The notes: a model not told the origin generated them from the letters alone. Counted from the first letter of the stretch, positions 1 through 11,183 are shown. The stretch is 64,000 nucleotides of DNA from an uncultured Actinomycetes bacterium (GCA_963786805.1 CAWBAK010000001.1:80211-144210); one strand, 5' to 3'. Program-made: numbers and translations.

Positions 1-2
1 CC

Positions 3-827
3 TCCCGAACCGCCGTGCTTCCACCGACCGCCCAGTACGAGCCCGAGCCCGAACGCTCGAACTGGTGGGTGCCGGTCCTCGTCACGCTGTTGATCCTCGG
101 CCTGCTGGCGCTCGTCCTGTTCCTGCTTGCACGGAATCTCCTGAACGACGAGCCACCGGCCGCGAACCTCGTCACCGTGCCGGAGGTCATCGGCGAGAGC
201 CGACGCGACGCCGAACAGATCATCACGGACGCAGGGCTGGAGGTCGGGGATGTAACTCCAGTGCCGGCCGTGGACGAGACGCAGGAACCCGGAACCGTGG
301 TCGACCAGGATCCCGCCGCCGACGAGGAGGTCGAAGAAGGAACGCCGGTGAATCTCACCGTCGTGGAGCAGGCCGATCTCGTCGCGATCCCACCGTTGGA
401 GGGCTCGACGTTCGAAGAGGCGCAGGCGGCGCTGGTCGAGCTCGGGCTCGAACCCGTGCGCGAGGACCAGGCGAGCGACACGGTCGAAGAGGGCCTGGTG
501 ATCGGGACCGATCCCCCGGCCGGCGACGAGGTCGAACCGGCTTCGGCGGTCACGGTGTTCGTCTCGACGGGTCAGGACGCGGTGGTCGTGCCCGAGGTCC
601 GGTGCCAGAGCTTCGCGTCCGCGCAGAACGAGCTCGAACGCGCTGGCTTGAACTCCGTCATCTCCAGCGACACCGTGGCGGTCAACCCGCTGTGTCCGCT
701 CGGCAACAAGGTGGCCGACCAGAGCCCGCGGCCCGGCGAGGAGGTCGAGCCCGGGACGACCGTCACGCTGTTCGGCGGCGCCGAGCCCGCGCCGACCGGC
801 GCGACCGGACCCACCGGAGACGAGTGA
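3..827 (+). CDS. pknB: Ser/Thr kinase PknB, C-terminal part (TM + 3 PASTA domains), 5'-truncated by window edge
   Basis: TM helix followed by three PASTA-like repeats (VPEVIG..A..I..AGL, GTVVDQDP); frame open to window start; same strand as crgA near gyrAB. Kinase domain not visible. Confidence 0.75.
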   Translation, partial: SRTAVLPPTAQYEPEPERSNWWVPVLVTLLILGLLALVLFLLARNLLNDEPPAANLVTVPEVIGESRRDAEQIITDAGLEVGDVTPVPAVDETQEPGTVVDQDPAADEEVEEGTPVNLTVVEQADLVAIPPLEGSTFEEAQAALVELGLEPVREDQASDTVEEGLVIGTDPPAGDEVEPASAVTVFVSTGQDAVVVPEVRCQSFASAQNELERAGLNSVISSDTVAVNPLCPLGNKVADQSPRPGEEVEPGTTVTLFGGAEPAPTGATGPTGDE

Positions 828-828
828 C

Positions 829-2451
829 GTGAGCCTGTGGTTCGTCCGTGAGGAGTTCACGGACGAGGAACGCACCCGTCTCTCGCGCCACTTCACGAAC
901 CTCGAGGGCCCGGTCTTCGCGCTCGTCAACCTCCCCGAGGTCGTGAAGGGAGCGCTCTTCGCGCGCTACTCGCGCACGACCAAGTCGCTCCGCCGCCTGT
1001 TCCTCGACGAGTTCGCCGACCAGCTCGAGGCCGGCGCGGTGCCCGGCATCGAGGGCGTGAAGGTCGACAAGGCGGAGCAACTGTTCGATCGCGTGTTCTT
1101 CGAGTACGGCGACGATTCCGTGGCGCAGCTCGGCGGCGTGCATCTGGCGTGCGAGCAGGCCTCGCAGATCCTCGCGAAGGCGATCGAGTGGGGACGGCTC
1201 GCCGCCTACCTCGAACAATCCACGCGGTACATGCGGTACGACGACAAGCCGGGCGGACGATGGCGACTCACGGTCCCGCCCGAGATCGATGGGTCACCCG
1301 CCGGCGAGGCCTATCTCGCGTTCGCCGACCGGACCTTCGAGACGTACGGCCGGATGTTCCAGCCGCTGTACGACCTGTTTTCCGAGCGCTTCCCGAAGGA
1401 CGAGAGCGATTCGGACTTCCTGTACCGCTCCACGATCACGGCGAAGACGTGCGACACGCTTCGCGTGCTGCTTCCCGCCGGCACGCGGTCGAACCTCGGC
1501 GTGTTCGCGACGGGTCAGAGCTACGAGCAGATGCTGCTGCGGATGCGCGCGCACCCGCTCGCCGAGGTGCGCGAGTACGCGGACCTGATGCTGATCGAGC
1601 TCCGCAAGGTGATCCCGGCGTTCCTCAAGCGCGTCGACCTCGAGGATCGCGGTGTCGCGTGGTCGAACTACCTCCACGATACGCGCGAGGCCACGGAGGA
1701 GATCGTCGCGAAGTACACCGAGGGGATCGACCCCGGCTACCGGGACGCCGTCACACTGACCGACTTCGACCCGCTCGGCGAGGAGAAGATCGTGGCCGCG
1801 ATCCTCTACGCCGCAAGCGATCTGCCGGACGACCGGTTGCAGTCCCTCGCCCACACGATGAGCCAACAGGAGCGCGAGGCCGTGTTCGCGGCGTACATCG
1901 GCGAACGCGGGAACCGGCGTCACAAGCCCGGTCGCGCGTTCGAACGCACGGGCTATCGCTTCGACGTGCTGTGCGACTACGGGGCCTTCCGAGACCTCCA
2001 GCGCCACCGGCCGCTCACGCTCGAGTGGCAGCGGCTCTCGCCCCGGCACGGCTACGACACGCCGGACGTGATCGCCGACGCCGGGATGACCGAGGAGTGG
2101 ACGCGCGTGATGGAGGACTCGGCTGCCACGTGGGGAGTCGTCGCGGACCACGCGGGGCCCGATGTCGCGCAGCTCGCCGTGTCGATGGCGTACAAGATCC
2201 GGTTCGTGATGCAGATGACCGCGCGCGAGGCGATGCATCTCATCGAGCTCCGCTCCTCGCCGCAGGGACACCCGACCTACCGGAAGGTCGCGCAGCAGAT
2301 GCACGACCTGATCGACAAGACGGCGGGACACCGGACGATCGCGGCGGCGATGAAGTACGTGGACTACAGCGACGTGGACCTGGAGCGCCTCGAGGCCGAA
2401 CGCCGCGCCGACGCGAAGCGCAAGGCCGCCCAGACGACCCCGGCTCCCTAG
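829..2451 (+). CDS. thyX: FAD-dependent thymidylate synthase, tandem Thy1-domain type
   Basis: [28 protein letters not shown] and ELRS.PQGH motifs; 540 aa double-domain length. Confidence 0.88.
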   Translation: MSLWFVREEFTDEERTRLSRHFTNLEGPVFALVNLPEVVKGALFARYSRTTKSLRRLFLDEFADQLEAGAVPGIEGVKVDKAEQLFDRVFFEYGDDSVAQLGGVHLACEQASQILAKAIEWGRLAAYLEQSTRYMRYDDKPGGRWRLTVPPEIDGSPAGEAYLAFADRTFETYGRMFQPLYDLFSERFPKDESDSDFLYRSTITAKTCDTLRVLLPAGTRSNLGVFATGQSYEQMLLRMRAHPLAEVREYADLMLIELRKVIPAFLKRVDLEDRGVAWSNYLHDTREATEEIVAKYTEGIDPGYRDAVTLTDFDPLGEEKIVAAILYAASDLPDDRLQSLAHTMSQQEREAVFAAYIGERGNRRHKPGRAFERTGYRFDVLCDYGAFRDLQRHRPLTLEWQRLSPRHGYDTPDVIADAGMTEEWTRVMEDSAATWGVVADHAGPDVAQLAVSMAYKIRFVMQMTAREAMHLIELRSSPQGHPTYRKVAQQMHDLIDKTAGHRTIAAAMKYVDYSDVDLERLEAERRADAKRKAAQTTPAP

Positions 2452-2483
2452 GCCCTCTCAGGGCTCTTCTCTATGCTCCGAGA

Positions 2484-2960
2484 ATGAAGAAGTGTCCCTA
2501 CTGCGCCGAGGAGATCCAAGACGAGGCGATCGTCTGTAGGTTCTGCGGCCGCGAGCTCGATGGTGGACCACCGTTCCCCAGGCCGAAGGGAGTGGTCTTC
2601 GCCGCCAGAGGAACCCGGTACCTGGTCGGGATGATGGTCGACACACGCGGCGAGACGAGGCAGTTCGGGATCTGGGACGCGAACGCCCCGGGACCTCCTG
2701 TTGAGCGCTACGCGATGAGCAAGGACGGCAAAGAAGCCGCGCTTCAGCGTTTCCGGGAGCTCGAGCAAGGTTCCGCCATCGCCCAGAACCAGGACCCGCC
2801 CGCTTGTCCTCGCTGTGGATGGGAGATGCGATGGGCGACCGGCTCGGATCGCACCGCGCGGATCCTCACCGGCTTCGCCTTGCTGGGCGCGCTCGGGGCA
2901 CTCGCCGCGGGCGGCCGAGGACCTCGGTTCGTCTGCCCGAACTGCAACATGAGTCTGTAA
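2484..2960 (+). CDS. Zinc-ribbon membrane protein
   Basis: [23 protein letters not shown]-terminus, plus a second CPRC...CPNC pair flanking a hydrophobic Gly-rich helix; TATGCT -10 lies 6 nt before the ATG. Confidence 0.7.
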   Translation: MKKCPYCAEEIQDEAIVCRFCGRELDGGPPFPRPKGVVFAARGTRYLVGMMVDTRGETRQFGIWDANAPGPPVERYAMSKDGKEAALQRFRELEQGSAIAQNQDPPACPRCGWEMRWATGSDRTARILTGFALLGALGALAAGGRGPRFVCPNCNMSL

Positions 2961-2969
2961 CGACGTGAG

Positions 2970-4340
2970 TCAGCCCTTCCCGGTGGAGCCTTCCTCCTTC
3001 GAGCCCTCCCGGGTCCCCTCCCAGGTCATGCCCTCCCACGGGTCGTAGTCGACCTCAAGGGGCTCCTGCTCCGGACGTTGTTCCTTCGGCACCTTCTCGA
3101 GGTTGACGCGGATCCGCGTCCAGCTCGTGTGCCGGCCGCGCATCGAGTCGACGAGCACGTCCGATTCACGGAGATGCTGCGTGGCTTCGGGGTGGCGCTC
3201 CTTCCACCGCTCGAGGCCCGCCATCGCTTCGTCCTTCGTCTCTGCACGCGCGATCTCGACCAGTGGCTTGGAGCTCTTGCGCCTGCCAGTCCCCGTGCTC
3301 TTCTTCGATCCCGTGTCTTCGGCGGCGGCCGTGGACGGTTTGCGCCGCTTCGAGGGCTGGACGCGCGGCGGCTCCCCCTCGGCCTTCGGGAAGTGCGGTG
3401 GCCAGGGCGCGTCGCCGATCCCTTCGCGCTCGTCCCGGTCCGCGAGCTCGAGCAGCGGTTCGAGCGGATAGGCGACGTCGTCGATCTCGGCGCCCGAGTC
3501 CCCTCGCTCTCGGAGACGGGCGGGGACGGTCTCGATCGTGAGGTCGGCGGGGTCCACGTTCGCGACCTCGTCCCACTCGATCGGCATCGAGACGCGGGCG
3601 TCGGGGACCGGGCGGATCGAGTAGGCGCTCGCGACGGTGCGGTCCCGCGCGTTCTGGTTGTAGTCGACGAACACGCCCTGGCGCTCCTCCTTCCACCACG
3701 CGCTCGTCGCCTTGTCCGGGATCCGGCGCTCGACCTCACGTGCGAGCGCGAGGGCCGCGCGGCGGACCTCGGTGAACGTCCACTTCGGCTCGATCCGCAC
3801 GTTGACGTGGATCCCGCGCTTCCCGCTCGTCTTGGGGAAGCCGCGGAGGCCGTGGTCCTGCAGGACGTCCCGCGTCACGAGCGCGACCTCGCGCACGTCG
3901 TCGAACGACACGCCGGGAACAGGGTCGAGGTCGACGCGGAGCTCATCGGGATGGTCGACATCGCCGCTCCGAACGGGCCACGGGTTGATGTCCAGACAGC
4001 CGAGCGTCGCGTGCCACGCGAGGTGTGCGGCGTCGGCCATCACGGGCATCGTGGCGGTGCGGCCGCTCGGGAAGGTGATCAGCGCGGTCTGCACCCACTC
4101 CGGCGCACCCTTCGGGATCCGCTTCTGATAGAACTCGCCGCCCTCGACCCCGTCGGGATAGCGGTGCAGGACGACCGGCCGGTCCCCGCAACCGTGCAGC
4201 GAGGCTTCGGCGACCTCCACGTGATACCGGACGACGTCGAGCTTCGTGATCCCGCGCTCGGGGAAGTACGGCTTGTCCGGGTTCGTGACCTTGATCTCGC
4301 GGCCGTCGACCTCGAGAACCTCGGCTTTCGCAGGGCTCAT
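2970..4340 (-). CDS. LigD-type primase/polymerase domain protein (NHEJ-like) with C-terminal extension
   Basis: RYPDGV..FYQK, DELRVDLDP, KTSGKRGIH and FVDYNQNARDRT motifs; no ligase domain. Confidence 0.85.
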   Translation of the reverse strand: MSPAKAEVLEVDGREIKVTNPDKPYFPERGITKLDVVRYHVEVAEASLHGCGDRPVVLHRYPDGVEGGEFYQKRIPKGAPEWVQTALITFPSGRTATMPVMADAAHLAWHATLGCLDINPWPVRSGDVDHPDELRVDLDPVPGVSFDDVREVALVTRDVLQDHGLRGFPKTSGKRGIHVNVRIEPKWTFTEVRRAALALAREVERRIPDKATSAWWKEERQGVFVDYNQNARDRTVASAYSIRPVPDARVSMPIEWDEVANVDPADLTIETVPARLRERGDSGAEIDDVAYPLEPLLELADRDEREGIGDAPWPPHFPKAEGEPPRVQPSKRRKPSTAAAEDTGSKKSTGTGRRKSSKPLVEIARAETKDEAMAGLERWKERHPEATQHLRESDVLVDSMRGRHTSWTRIRVNLEKVPKEQRPEQEPLEVDYDPWEGMTWEGTREGSKEEGSTGKG

Positions 4341-4415
4341 GCCGCTAGCTTGCCGCATACCGAAGCGCCGGGGCACTCTCGCCCCGGCGCTCCAGGTGAT
4401 CTGGGGAAGCGATCC

Positions 4416-5687
4416 TCAGCCGGCGAGCGCGGTCACCCGGACGACCGGTTCGTCGGTCGGCACGGGCACGGCCCCGATCTCCAGGCCGCTCCGCACGTCG
4501 AGCACGACGATCCGACCCTCGATCGCCGCGTAGACGCTCGAGCCGTCGGACGAGAAGTCCAATCCGGAAACGACGCCCTCGAGGCGCCAGGAGTCGATCT
4601 CCTCGAACGTCGCCGCGTCGAACGCCGTGACGACCGAGCCCTCCGCGCCCGCGACCGACACGAGCAGGGTCCGGCCGTCGGGGCTGACGTGGGCCGCGGT
4701 GCGCGCGATGTCGCCGTCACCCGAGAGGTCGATCGGCGTGGTCCGCACCTCCAGCGACTCGGTGTGCAGAGCCGCGACGATGCCTCGCCCCGCGTCGATC
4801 ACGAACAGGTAGTTGCCGTCGGGGGTGGTCGCCATCGCCTGTTCGGACGAGGGGCGATCCCACATCGACCTCGGAAGTCCGACGCAGTGCGCCCATCCGT
4901 CCCGGAGGCTCAGGACGTGCACGAACGAAACGGCCGCGTCGTTCGCGACCGGCGCGCCGTGCGGCGCGTAGCCGGGGCGAGAGCTCGTGTAGAGCGTGTA
5001 GAGCTGATCCGCGTCGGGCGACAGGAGCTGCGACAGGCGGGTTCCGGGCATCCGCTCGGCCGGTCCCTTGAACGGACCGAAGACGGGCAGCAGCTTCTCG
5101 CGCACGAGGTCGAGCACCGTGACCCGGTATGCGGTCGGCGTCTCCGCCGGCAGGTGCTGGATCAGGAAGAGCTGGTCGTCGTTCGTCGAGAAGGCCTCCG
5201 GCTCGAAGTTGCCACGAAGGTTGAGCGAGATCGTCTCGCGCTCGCCGGTCGGGTCGGCGACGACGATCCGCGTCCGTGCGCGTGGGAACGGCACCGCCGG
5301 GTCCCAGCCCTCGGGCAGCGGCTCCATCATCGCGACGGCCCGACCGCTCTCGGACACGATGCGCGCCTCGAGCTCGCCGGGGACGGTCGTCGTCGAAAGG
5401 ATCCGGCCGGTCGATCCCTCGTGCGTCTCGAGCAGGGTGGTGCCGTCCGACGCGGCAGCCGAGAGCACCCAAGAACCGCCGAGGCTCGAGACGGCGCCGG
5501 ATCCGTCGAACAGGACCGATCCAGCTGGGACGCGGACCAGGAGCGGGCCACCGGGCGTCCCGAGCAGGAGCGTCTCCTCGACCGGGGTCCTGCCGTTCGC
5601 ATCGGGCGTGCCCGGTGCGACGGAACCCGTGCACGCAGCCGCAAGCAGCGCGAGCACGGTCATGGTCACGAGCAGCCTCACACGCAT
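4416..5687 (-). CDS. Beta-propeller (YncE/YVTN-like) lipoprotein
   Basis: Lipobox LAAAC; repeated S/T-PDG..L-Y/F blades. Confidence 0.7.
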   Translation of the reverse strand: MRVRLLVTMTVLALLAAACTGSVAPGTPDANGRTPVEETLLLGTPGGPLLVRVPAGSVLFDGSGAVSSLGGSWVLSAAASDGTTLLETHEGSTGRILSTTTVPGELEARIVSESGRAVAMMEPLPEGWDPAVPFPRARTRIVVADPTGERETISLNLRGNFEPEAFSTNDDQLFLIQHLPAETPTAYRVTVLDLVREKLLPVFGPFKGPAERMPGTRLSQLLSPDADQLYTLYTSSRPGYAPHGAPVANDAAVSFVHVLSLRDGWAHCVGLPRSMWDRPSSEQAMATTPDGNYLFVIDAGRGIVAALHTESLEVRTTPIDLSGDGDIARTAAHVSPDGRTLLVSVAGAEGSVVTAFDAATFEEIDSWRLEGVVSGLDFSSDGSSVYAAIEGRIVVLDVRSGLEIGAVPVPTDEPVVRVTALAG

Positions 5688-5763
5688 CGCTCAGCCCTCC
5701 CGTTCCGAGGTCCGGACGCCACTTCCGCGCCCCTCGCCTGAACTACTGCCCGAACGCCCGGAA

Positions 5764-5777
5764 GGTTCCACGGAACC
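5764..5777. promoter_or_regulatory. Palindrome GGTTCC-AC-GGAACC between divergent genes (back-to-back ECF-type -35 elements or an operator)
   Basis: Perfect inverted repeat; on each strand GGAACC is followed 17 nt later by GT (GTCT / GTAG). Confidence 0.4.
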
Positions 5778-5875
5778 AGTCCGGAGCCCGGGCGGTCTTG
5801 CTCGGTGAGAAGCGGGATATCTCGGCGGACCGCCCCCCTGGGCCTGCCGACCGGACCGGAACGAGGGAGGACGCG

Positions 5876-6733
5876 ATGCGCGCACGGCGTTGGATCGTGG
5901 TCGGGTTCGTGCTCGGGGCGTGCCTCGCCCTCCCGCTCGAGGCGGCAGCCGACGGGGGCGCATTCATCGAATTCCGGGGCGGATCCGGCTCGGGAGCGGG
6001 CGGAACGCACTTCCTTCCCGGCGATGTTGCATCCGGCACGGGCTACGTCTTCGTGCCGGAGCGTTGGCAGGACCTGCTGGACCGCGGACCCTTCTACGTC
6101 TACGTGGTCCCGCGTGGATTCATCCGAGAAGGACGCCCGCTCCCGGAGGGCGCCATCCGTGTCGGCACGGCCACGATCGAGCACGATTCCCGCACCACGT
6201 TCCGGATGCTCATGTCGTTCACGGTGCCGGACGTGCCCGGCGACTACTACAACGTCCAGATCTGCAACGACCCGTGCACGATCTCGGGATTCCGCGAGCC
6301 GCTCACCGGAACCATGTCGATCGTGCAGACGACGCGAGAGGCCCGGCTCCTGAACCAGCAGCAGAAGCTCTGGGGCGAGAACTGGAGCCTCGAGCGCCAG
6401 GTCCGCAAGGCCAACAAGGCGAACGAGGAAATGACCGCAGGGCTCGAGCAGAGCAACCGCTCCAACATCGAGCTCACGGCCGAGGTCGCCCGTCTCGAGG
6501 GCGCGCTCGAGGACGCGACGAACGCCGGACCAGCGACCGGCGCGTCGCAGGTGGACTCCGACCGACCGCTCGTCGAGGCGTGGGCCCTGCTCGCGATCGT
6601 CATCGCCTTGCTCGTCGCGCTCGTGTCGGTCGCGCTCGGCCTGATCTTCAGCCGGCGTCACGCTGCGAGGATCGTCGTGCCCGACACGATCGCCGAGCTC
6701 GACGAGGAACCATCCGAGCTCGTCCCACGCTGA
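5876..6733 (+). CDS. Exported protein with coiled coil and C-terminal TM anchor
   Basis: SD GGGAGG before ATG; signal peptide ending AAA; heptad-like region; C-terminal hydrophobic helix. Confidence 0.7.
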   Translation: MRARRWIVVGFVLGACLALPLEAAADGGAFIEFRGGSGSGAGGTHFLPGDVASGTGYVFVPERWQDLLDRGPFYVYVVPRGFIREGRPLPEGAIRVGTATIEHDSRTTFRMLMSFTVPDVPGDYYNVQICNDPCTISGFREPLTGTMSIVQTTREARLLNQQQKLWGENWSLERQVRKANKANEEMTAGLEQSNRSNIELTAEVARLEGALEDATNAGPATGASQVDSDRPLVEAWALLAIVIALLVALVSVALGLIFSRRHAARIVVPDTIAELDEEPSELVPR

Positions 6734-6800
6734 CCGGTCACAGCGACCGGCCGAACCGGCGGTTCCCGCCGCGAGGTGTTTCGGGTACCCTTGCGGCCCC

Positions 6801-6956
6801 ATGGACCGTGAAGGCACGTTCCTGCTGGCCCTGGGCCTGCTGATCGCCGCCGGGGCGTTCGTCTCGGCGAGCGGATGGATCCTGTTCGCCCGCGACCGGC
6901 GTGCGCGCGCGGTCGCCCCCACCCACGAGCATCACGAGGCCATCGAGGAGCACTAG
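6801..6956 (+). CDS. 51-aa single-TM peptide with His-rich tail, abutting hisD (putative leader)
   Basis: MDREGTFLLALGLLIAAGAFVSASGWILFARDRRARAVAPTHEHHEAIEEH; its TAG is immediately followed by the hisD GTG. Confidence 0.6.
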   Translation: MDREGTFLLALGLLIAAGAFVSASGWILFARDRRARAVAPTHEHHEAIEEH

Positions 6957-8243
6957 GTGCTCGAGCTCCTCGACCTCCGGGATCGGAGGGAGCGGCTCGA
7001 GCCCCGGCGCCTCGAGATCGACCCTCACGTATCCGACACCGTTCGCGAGATCGTTCAGCGCGTCCGCGACGAGGGCGACGACGTCCTGCTCGAGCTCACG
7101 CTGCGGTTCGACGGCGTCGACCTTCGGGAGCGCGGCCTCGTCGTTCCGCCCGACGAGTTCGCCGACGCGATCGACGGCGTCCCCATCGAGCTCCGCCGCG
7201 CGCTCGACGCGCTGATCCTTCGCGTCACCGACCTGCACCGGCGGCAACTTCCTCTCGAGTGGTCGGACGAGCGCGAGGGCGTCCGGTTCGGCGAGCGCGT
7301 TCGCCCCGTTCGCGCCGCCGGCTGTTACGTGCCCGGCGGGCGCGCCGTGTACCCGAGCTCCGTCGCGATGACCGTCGTTCCCGCGTACGTGGCCGAGGTC
7401 GAGGAGATCGTGGTGTGCACGCCGCCTCGGACCGACGGCTCCGTCCACCCCGCCGTGCTCTACGCGGCGAAGCAGGCCGGCGCCACGCGCGTCGTGAAGG
7501 TCGGCGGCGCCCAGGCGATCGCGGCGATGGCGTTCGGGACGGACTCGGTGCCGGCCGTCGACAAGGTCGTGGGACCGGGGAACGCGTACGTCACCGAAGC
7601 CAAGCGCCAGCTCAGCGGCGTCGTCGGCGTCGACGGGCTCGCCGGGCCGACCGAGCTCGTCCTGGTGGCGAGCGCGGAGGCCGACCCCCGCTGGGTCGCG
7701 GCGGACCTCGTCGCGCAGGCGGAGCACGACCCCGACGCCGCGGCCACGCTCGTCGCCCTCGACGAGGCGACGATCGAGGGGGTCGAGCGGGCGCTCGAGG
7801 CCGAGGTCGCCCGCGCGGCGCGCCGCGAGGTCGTCGAGGCCGCGCTGAAGCACGCGCGCGCGGTCCTGGTCGGCGACCTCGAGCAGGCGGTCGAGGTGGT
7901 GAACGACCTCGCGCCCGAGCATCTGCAACTGATGGTCGAGGACGCCGGTCCGTTCGCGAGCGGGGTCCGGAACGCCGGGGCGATCTTCGTCGGCGCGTTC
8001 ACGCCGGTCCCGTTCGGCGACTACGGCGTCGCCTCGAACCACGTCCTTCCCACCGCGGGGACGGCGCGCTTCGCGAGCGGGCTCCGCGCGGCCGATTTCG
8101 TGAAGGTGATGTCGGTCGTCGAGATGGACGACGCCGCGGCGCGAACGCTCGCGCCCGAGGTCTCCGCGATCGCGCGGACCGAGGGGCTCGTGGGCCACGC
8201 GCGGGCGGTCGAGATCCGCGCGCAGGATCGGCGAGAGCCATGA
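6957..8243 (+). CDS. hisD: Histidinol dehydrogenase
   Basis: YVPGG, GGAQAIAA, GPGNAYV, QAEHD, APEHL and SNHVLPT motifs. Confidence 0.95.
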   Translation: MLELLDLRDRRERLEPRRLEIDPHVSDTVREIVQRVRDEGDDVLLELTLRFDGVDLRERGLVVPPDEFADAIDGVPIELRRALDALILRVTDLHRRQLPLEWSDEREGVRFGERVRPVRAAGCYVPGGRAVYPSSVAMTVVPAYVAEVEEIVVCTPPRTDGSVHPAVLYAAKQAGATRVVKVGGAQAIAAMAFGTDSVPAVDKVVGPGNAYVTEAKRQLSGVVGVDGLAGPTELVLVASAEADPRWVAADLVAQAEHDPDAAATLVALDEATIEGVERALEAEVARAARREVVEAALKHARAVLVGDLEQAVEVVNDLAPEHLQLMVEDAGPFASGVRNAGAIFVGAFTPVPFGDYGVASNHVLPTAGTARFASGLRAADFVKVMSVVEMDDAAARTLAPEVSAIARTEGLVGHARAVEIRAQDRREP

Positions 8244-9290
8244 GCGGCGCACGTCCCCGTCCCGGCCTTCGCGACGTCGAGCCCTACGAGGCGCCCCAGC
8301 TCGAGGTCAAGGCGCGCCTGAACACGAACGAGTGCCCGTACCCGCTGCCGCCGGCGTTCGGCGACGACCTCGCTCGCGCGGTGCGCGGCCTGTCGCTCAA
8401 CCGCTACCCGGAGCGCGAGGCCGAAGAGCTGCGCTCGCGCCTCGCCGAGCGGAACGGTCACACGCTCGAGGGAACGTGGGTCGCGAACGGCTCGAACGAG
8501 GTCCTCCAGCAGTTGCTGCTCGCGTACGGCGGGCCGGGCCGGCGCGTCGCCCTGTTCGAGCCCACGTACGGGATGCACTCGCGGCTCGCGTGGGTGACGA
8601 ACAGCGAGCTCGACCAGCTTCCGCTCGAGGAACCGTGGCGAGATCGGACGAAGGACGTGACGGAGGCCTTCGCGCAGCGGCCCGACGTCGTCTTCGTCTG
8701 CTCGCCGAACAACCCGACCGGCAACACGCAGCAGGTGGAGGTCGTCCGGGATCTCGCCGCAGCAGGGCTCGGCGCTCGTCGTCGTGGACGAGGCCTACAT
8801 CGAGTTCGGCGGGGAGAGCGCGGCGTCGCTCCTGGGGGATCACGCGAACGTCGTCGTGGTCCGGACGTTCTCGAAGGCGTTCGCGCTGGCCGGGGCGCGG
8901 CTCGGCTACTGCCTCGCCGCGTCCGACGTGGTGCAGGACCTGCGCCGCGTCCGGTTGCCGTACCACCTGTCCGCGCTCACGCAGGCGGCGGGACTGGTCG
9001 CGCTCGATCATCGCGAGGAGGCGCTCGAGATCCTCGCCGCGGTGCGCGCCGAACGGGACCGGATCCTCGAGGCGCTCCCGGCGCTCGGGGTCGAGACCTT
9101 CGGGTCGGAGTCGAACTTCGTCCTGTTCCGCCCGCCGAAACCCGCCAAGCAGGTCTGGCAGGCGCTGCTCGATCGGAGCGTGCTCGTTCGAGATTTCACG
9201 AACCTCGTCCCCGAGTGCCTGCGCGTCACGGCCGGCACGCCCGAGGAGGTCGACCTGTTCCTGTCCGCCCTCGAGGAGGTCCTGCGATGA
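8240..9290 (+). CDS. hisC: Histidinol-phosphate aminotransferase (one frameshift near 8770)
   Basis: LNTNE, NGSNE, CSPNNPTG in one frame, then DEAYIEF and RTFSKAFALAGARLGY in another; ATGA overlaps at both ends. Confidence 0.9.
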
Positions 9291-9868
9291 GCCGCTCGTC
9301 CACCGTGGAGCGCGAGACGAAGGAGACGAGCATCCGCGTCGAGCTCGAGCTGGACGGCACGGGCACCGCGAGCGCCGACACCGGCCTGCCGTTCTTCGAT
9401 CACATGCTCCAGCAGCTCGGCGCGCACGCGGGGTTCGACCTCGCGGTGACGGCGAAGGGCGACCTCGAGATCGACGGCCACCACACGGTCGAGGACATCG
9501 GGCTCGCGCTCGGCCAAGCGCTGAAGGAGGCGCTCGGCGACAAGGCGGGCATCCGGCGGTTCGCCTCGATCACGGTTCCGCTCGACGAGGCGGCGGTCGA
9601 GGTCGCGCTCGATCTCTCGGGCCGGCCGTTCGTCGTGCACGAGGTCGACGTCCCGGCCGAGACGATCGGGACCTACGACACCGGCCTGACCGAGGACTTC
9701 GTCCGCGCGTTCGCGACGGCGGCCGAGATGACGCTCCACGTCCGGCTGGTGAGCGGGCGATCGCCGCACCACGTCGTCGAGGCCGAGTTCAAGGCGCTCG
9801 CGAAGTGCCTCCAGGACGCCGTTCGCGTGATCGGCACGGGCGTCCCCAGCACGAAGGGAACGCTGTGA
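9287..9868 (+). CDS. hisB: Imidazoleglycerol-phosphate dehydratase
   Basis: RETKET, FFDHML, GDLEIDGHHTVED and HHVVEAEFKA motifs. Confidence 0.95.
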   Translation: MSRSSTVERETKETSIRVELELDGTGTASADTGLPFFDHMLQQLGAHAGFDLAVTAKGDLEIDGHHTVEDIGLALGQALKEALGDKAGIRRFASITVPLDEAAVEVALDLSGRPFVVHEVDVPAETIGTYDTGLTEDFVRAFATAAEMTLHVRLVSGRSPHHVVEAEFKALAKCLQDAVRVIGTGVPSTKGTL

Positions 9869-10485
9869 CGAAGGACGACCCGACGATCGCCGTCCTCGAC
9901 TACGGGATGGGGAACCTGCGCTCGGTCGCGCGAGCGATCGAGCACGCCGGCGGCCGGGCGCTCGTCACCGAGCAGAGCGGCGCAGCCCTCGGCTCGGACG
10001 GACTCGTCGTGCCGGGCGTCGGCCACTTCGGCGCCTGCATGCGCAATCTCCGCGAGCGCGGGCTCGACGCCGTCGTGAAGGACTTCGCGGCGAGCGGGAA
10101 GCCGGTGTTCGGGGTGTGCGTCGGGATGCAGGTCCTGTTCGAGGGCAGCGAGGAGGCATCCGACGTCGCCGGCCTCGGACTGTTCGAAGGCGTCTCGCGC
10201 CGCCTGCCCGACACCGTCAAGGTGCCGCACATGGGATGGAACACCCTGGAGCTGACGCGGGAGCACCCGTTCACCCGCGACGTGCCGATCAGCACGCGCA
10301 TGTACTTCGTGCACTCGTTCGCGCCGGACGTCTCCGAGACGTGCATCGGCGTCGCGGAGCACGGACGCCGATTCGCGGCAGCGGTCGCGCGCGACAACCT
10401 GTTCGCGACGCAGTTCCACCCCGAGAAGTCCGGGCGGCCGGGACTGCGGATCTACGAAGCGTTCGTCCGTGGAGCCGCGTCGTGA
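9865..10485 (+). CDS. hisH: IGP synthase glutaminase subunit
   Basis: [27 protein letters not shown] and QFHPEKS motifs. Confidence 0.95.
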   Translation: MTKDDPTIAVLDYGMGNLRSVARAIEHAGGRALVTEQSGAALGSDGLVVPGVGHFGACMRNLRERGLDAVVKDFAASGKPVFGVCVGMQVLFEGSEEASDVAGLGLFEGVSRRLPDTVKVPHMGWNTLELTREHPFTRDVPISTRMYFVHSFAPDVSETCIGVAEHGRRFAAAVARDNLFATQFHPEKSGRPGLRIYEAFVRGAAS

Positions 10486-11183
10486 TCGTCATCCCGGCCG
10501 TCGACCTTCGCGGCGGACGCTGCGTCCGGCTGTTCCGGGGCGACATCGAGGCCGAGACCGTGTACGACGACGACCCGGTCGAGGTCGCCAAGCGGTTCGA
10601 AACCGATGGTGCCCGTCGCCTGCACGTCGTCGACCTCGACGCCGCCCGGGGCGACGGCTCGAACCGCGACATCGTGAAGGACATCTGCCGCAGCGTGGCG
10701 ATCCCCGTCCAGCTCGGCGGCGGCTTGCGGACGCTCCCCGCGATCGAGGAGGCCCTCGCCGACGGAGCGGCCCGCGCGATCCTCGGGACCGCGGCGGCGC
10801 TCGACCCCGGGTTCGTCGCCGAGGCCGTGGAGCAGTTCGGCGACGGGATCGTCGTGGCGGTGGACGTGAAGGACGGCTACGTGATGACCCACGGCTGGCA
10901 GGGAGAGGGACCCCGCCTCGAAGACGCGATGACGTCGCTCAACGTCGCCGAGGTCCCCCGATTCCTCGTCACGTCGATCGCCCGGGACGGAACGATGGAC
11001 GGGCCCGACCTCGCGCTGTACGAACGCATGGCCACCCTCACCGAGCGGCCGATCATCGCGAGTGGCGGGGTGCGCGTCGCCGCCGACGTGTGGGCTCTTC
11101 GCGAGCTCGGCATCGAGGCCGTCGTCGTCGGCAAGGCGATGTACTCGGGCACGCTGCGGATGGAGGAAGTGGTGCGCGGGTGA
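10482..11183 (+). CDS. hisA: ProFAR isomerase
   Basis: [30 protein letters not shown] and IASGGV motifs. Confidence 0.92.
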   Translation: MIVIPAVDLRGGRCVRLFRGDIEAETVYDDDPVEVAKRFETDGARRLHVVDLDAARGDGSNRDIVKDICRSVAIPVQLGGGLRTLPAIEEALADGAARAILGTAAALDPGFVAEAVEQFGDGIVVAVDVKDGYVMTHGWQGEGPRLEDAMTSLNVAEVPRFLVTSIARDGTMDGPDLALYERMATLTERPIIASGGVRVAADVWALRELGIEAVVVGKAMYSGTLRMEEVVRG

